A stretch of DNA of 62,830 nucleotides, the filler included, from Sphacelaria rigidula (Eukaryota), in assembly GCA_964200075.2 (NCBI GenBank). It is 7 parts of 7 records of this genome, joined end to end, with 100 filler letters (N's around TTAATTAATTAA, not from the genome) between each part and the next. Parts side by side here need not be neighbours in the genome. Positions count along the whole stretch, not along the records: positions 53,942 to 62,830 come from CAXNAA020009831.1; 6 more parts are not named here. One strand, given 5' to 3'. The notes beneath the pieces are model-generated. The model searched no databases, was not told the DNA's origin, and saw nothing but the letters and a program-made list of their open reading frames with translations. A program made the translations under genes and the position numbers. Below, piece after piece: positions 60,028 to 62,830 of the stretch. Position 1 is the stretch's first letter. Every line of letters begins with the position of its first letter.

Positions 60028-60201
60028 ATAACGTTGGAAGAATTTGAGGAGGTGGAGGTCGACTTCACGGGTGCGAAGGCGGAATATGTGGCGGTGTCGT
60101 TTCTACAGTGCACAGGGGAGAAGCCCCAGGAGCTGAAGGTCAAGCTGGCCTTGGGGGAAGAGTATTCAGAGAACACGGGTGTCCATCCAGGATGCTTGAA
60201 G
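60028..60201 (+). CDS. Orphan internal exon, unknown protein (ITLEEFEEVEVDFTGAKAEYVAVSFLQ...HPGCLK)
   Basis: Branch site actgac, cag acceptor, AAG|gtatgt donor, 174 bp open frame, G/C-ending codons. Confidence 0.6.
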
Positions 60202-61219
60202 GTATGTAGGTACACTACAGTACGGCGACGCTGCTCCATCGGGTTTCACTTGATGTGCGGATCATAGGTTTAAAAAAAAAGTTTGCCATCGGTCGACTAT
60301 TGATGACTATCGTTACAGTATTATAACAATAATCTAGGATTCCAGTAGTCGTGTATGCTATACGCTATATTCTACTTCCTGTCGACCATTAGATGAGCTC
60401 AAAAGTGAGTTTTGGAGAAGAGATCAATAACGAGGTCTTTGCTGAGTCCCCAGAAGATATTTACCTACACTCACGGCAACCAGAGGGAGTCGGTCGCGCA
60501 GAACGAAAATTTACGGGTTGACAGCCTTCCCATCAATTTTTGGAAGAACGGTTTTGCTTATCATAGGCGTTTCGGAGAATCTCCCAAAACCGTTGTTTTT
60601 GAAAATCGGACCACCACAGCCTTATTTGAGCACACAGCAGTCAGCATACCATCAGGCGGCAGTATCATGTTGTCCCCGGGTCTCCAAGGTTACTTTTTTC
60701 TCATACACGTTCCCAATCGCTTTAAAACACACTCCGTGGGTCTGGGCATCGACAGTAAGGGTTCTTTGCACCCGCCATATCGCACATTGGCGCAAATTTC
60801 TGCGAAAACCGGTGTCCTCCTGCGAAAAGATTCATTAGATAAGCTCACTTCGTGCTGTTTTCACGCCGGGGACGATAACTCGTCATCCCCGTATCATTTT
60901 TTTTTCATGTGATGCCAGCCATATGTGGAACATGTGTTTGTGGCTGGACGGTCGAACACATCTGTTTGGCTGAGTTATCGCAATACAACCAAGTGAGCTT
61001 ATCTTATGATCTTTTGAAAGTAAGCGTATCTAATGGCCGAGAGGAAGTAGGTGGTATAAATGTCGAAGGCAAGGGTGCGGTCGATCGTTGTTTCGCAACA
61101 GTTTTGGCGTGATCAACGCGCATCGTGGAGGGGCGACTTATCTCGTTTTTGCGGCTGCTTCCTGGCATGCTCCTGCTTCCCTTGCATAGTCCACCCTGTG
61201 ATCAACTTGGGGGAAGCTA

Positions 61220-62721
61220 CAGGCTGGTTCACGTTGATCACCCAAAAAACACTCATCGGCAAAACCTCACACCGTTTTAAGGAATTAGACCCTGAAATTG
61301 TGCACGAACGTTCTAGAGGTAGTTACACAACTTTCGAAGATCGAGGTTTTTCGACTTTTTTACTTTTTTCACCATTTTTCGGGGGTCCCAGTTTTGTGGG
61401 GGGAACCTCGACCCAATCGGACCCCCCCAAAACGGTAATGAGGAAAAAAATCAAGAAACCCCGTTCATCCACAGTTTCTTAATGACCCTAAGCACTGTTG
61501 TACAAAATTTCAGGGTCTAACTCCTCCAAATGGCGTGAGGTGTTTCGCTTTTGTGCGATGAACTTTGCCGTGCCGCGGTGAAACCGCAAACTACTTGATT
61601 TTAGTACCAAAATGGCGTTTTTGGGCCTCCTTTGACGTGAACATGAAAATTCAAGCATCAGTTGATCGAGTTTTGCGACGAGACATTGTGGAGCCCATCC
61701 TTGGGTTATGCGGAGGCAGATAAATCGCGAAAAACTGAAAAAAAACCGTATCACAGTGCCGTTTTTCTGCGGTCGCAAAATGGAGACTACTTCGAAAAAC
61801 GACTTCGATCTCGTCGGACCCCCAAAAAACGGTGAAAAACTCAAGAAGTAAAAACACATGGTCCCGTAGAAAGTTGCGTAATAATACATAGCATATTTAT
61901 GCAAAGCTTCAGGATATAACTCCTAATGACAGCGTGAAAGTTTGCGCGTTTGTGGAGGACGTGGGCTTGAAACGTGCAACTCCTAACTACTCGGGTTTAG
62001 TATGGAAACGTCCGTTGGGGATGAACTTGACGTGAAGGCAAGACAAACTGTATGAGGTTTTCGAGTTTCTCCACCAAACTTTGTTCATGTGTTCCTTGGA
62101 CTCTCCCGAGATGCATGCTTTCATTATTTCTCTTTTAGGGCATTCTGTACCGCCTTCCAGGGGTCTTCATGCTGGGACCCGCGGAAGCCGGTAGAGAACG
62201 GAGAAAACATGATGTATTGTCAAGAATACAATTTTCCATTTTGAGCATCAATATCTACGGAACTATCGAGTGTGAGGGTGATCTGAGCTCTTCTACAGCA
62301 GATGTAGGAGACACCGTCACGAGGCTCCCTGGGTCTTTCGTAAGTATCATTATTTGTGGAAATTTGACCACACCAACACCCAACATCACCGAAACATCAC
62401 GATTTCGGGTATAATTCGACCCCCGTAGGAACCGTTTCAAAAATCTGTATTTTTCGTTAGATTCCCGTGTCGACGACGGTTACTACGATTTGAGACATGT
62501 AGAGAATGGGTGAAAATTGGGCTTGGTATTCGCAATTTCGATCTCGGAACAGTTTTCGTCTATCGCGCCACTGCTACGGCCTTGAACAAAAATCCGGCTA
62601 TGTCACCCTCTTCGTCTTTTCATTGCGGTCAGTATAATACAGTTTATGCGATTATTGGGTGCGTATTGCGGAAGGCATTTGCTGATGACACAATTTGAGG
62701 TGATCACCGTGAACCAACCTG
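61220..62721. mobile_element. 1.5-kb non-autonomous TIR element with TA target duplication (Tc1/mariner-like)
   Basis: TA|CAGGCTGGTTCACGTTGATCACC ... GGTGATCACCGTGAACCAACCTG|TA; internal inverted repeats; no transposase motif seen. Confidence 0.75.
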
Positions 62722-62763
62722 TATTTTTTTCACTGTGTTCATGACGCCTCTCGCTTACTGTTA

Positions 62764-62830
62764 ACAGCCGATTTTCGAAAATGGGGTTGAAAAACAAAAT
62801 GAGGTTCAACTCAAAAGCCGTGCTTTCCTG
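62764..62830 (+). mobile_element. Terminus of an ACAGCCGAT-type element (opposite-orientation terminus at 53942-53969)
   Basis: ta|acagccgat...ggggttgaa; reverse complement ttcaacccc...gatcggctgt|ta at the contig start. Confidence 0.55.

Overview
This is eukaryotic, intron-rich, repeat-dense DNA, most consistent with a brown alga (Phaeophyceae); that assignment is an inference from gene structure and repeat content. The window is not one locus. It is seven unrelated, size-sorted contigs (8891, 8891, 8891, 8890, 8889, 8889, 8889 bp) joined by an artificial 100-bp linker N44-TTAATTAATTAA-N44. Host gene pieces: five phase-compatible exons of a HID1/Ecm30-family gene (9565-16328, +); five exons of a putative chromatin reader with PWWP-like, coiled-coil/polyQ and Tudor-like parts (45608-53175, +); two exons of an OSCA/TMEM63-like membrane protein (minus, contig 1); and one orphan exon (60028-60201). 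The rest is mostly mobile DNA: a decayed chromodomain-bearing Gypsy pol, an internally deleted Copia with nested LTRs, RTE-type LINE endonuclease and RT remnants, a tRNA-derived SINE, a 1.5-kb TA-flanked TIR element and several fold-back MITE families. The most unusual signal is a pair of abundant, 5'-truncated repeat families (A and B, about 8 copies each). They share a ~75-nt 3' end containing a conserved TGGTC-N4-GACYA hairpin, end in ATGAGTAC followed by poly(C) rather than poly(A), and sit in C-tracts, often beside splice acceptors. This is a candidate C-tract-targeting retroposon system. Most ORFs in the supplied six-frame track are spurious.
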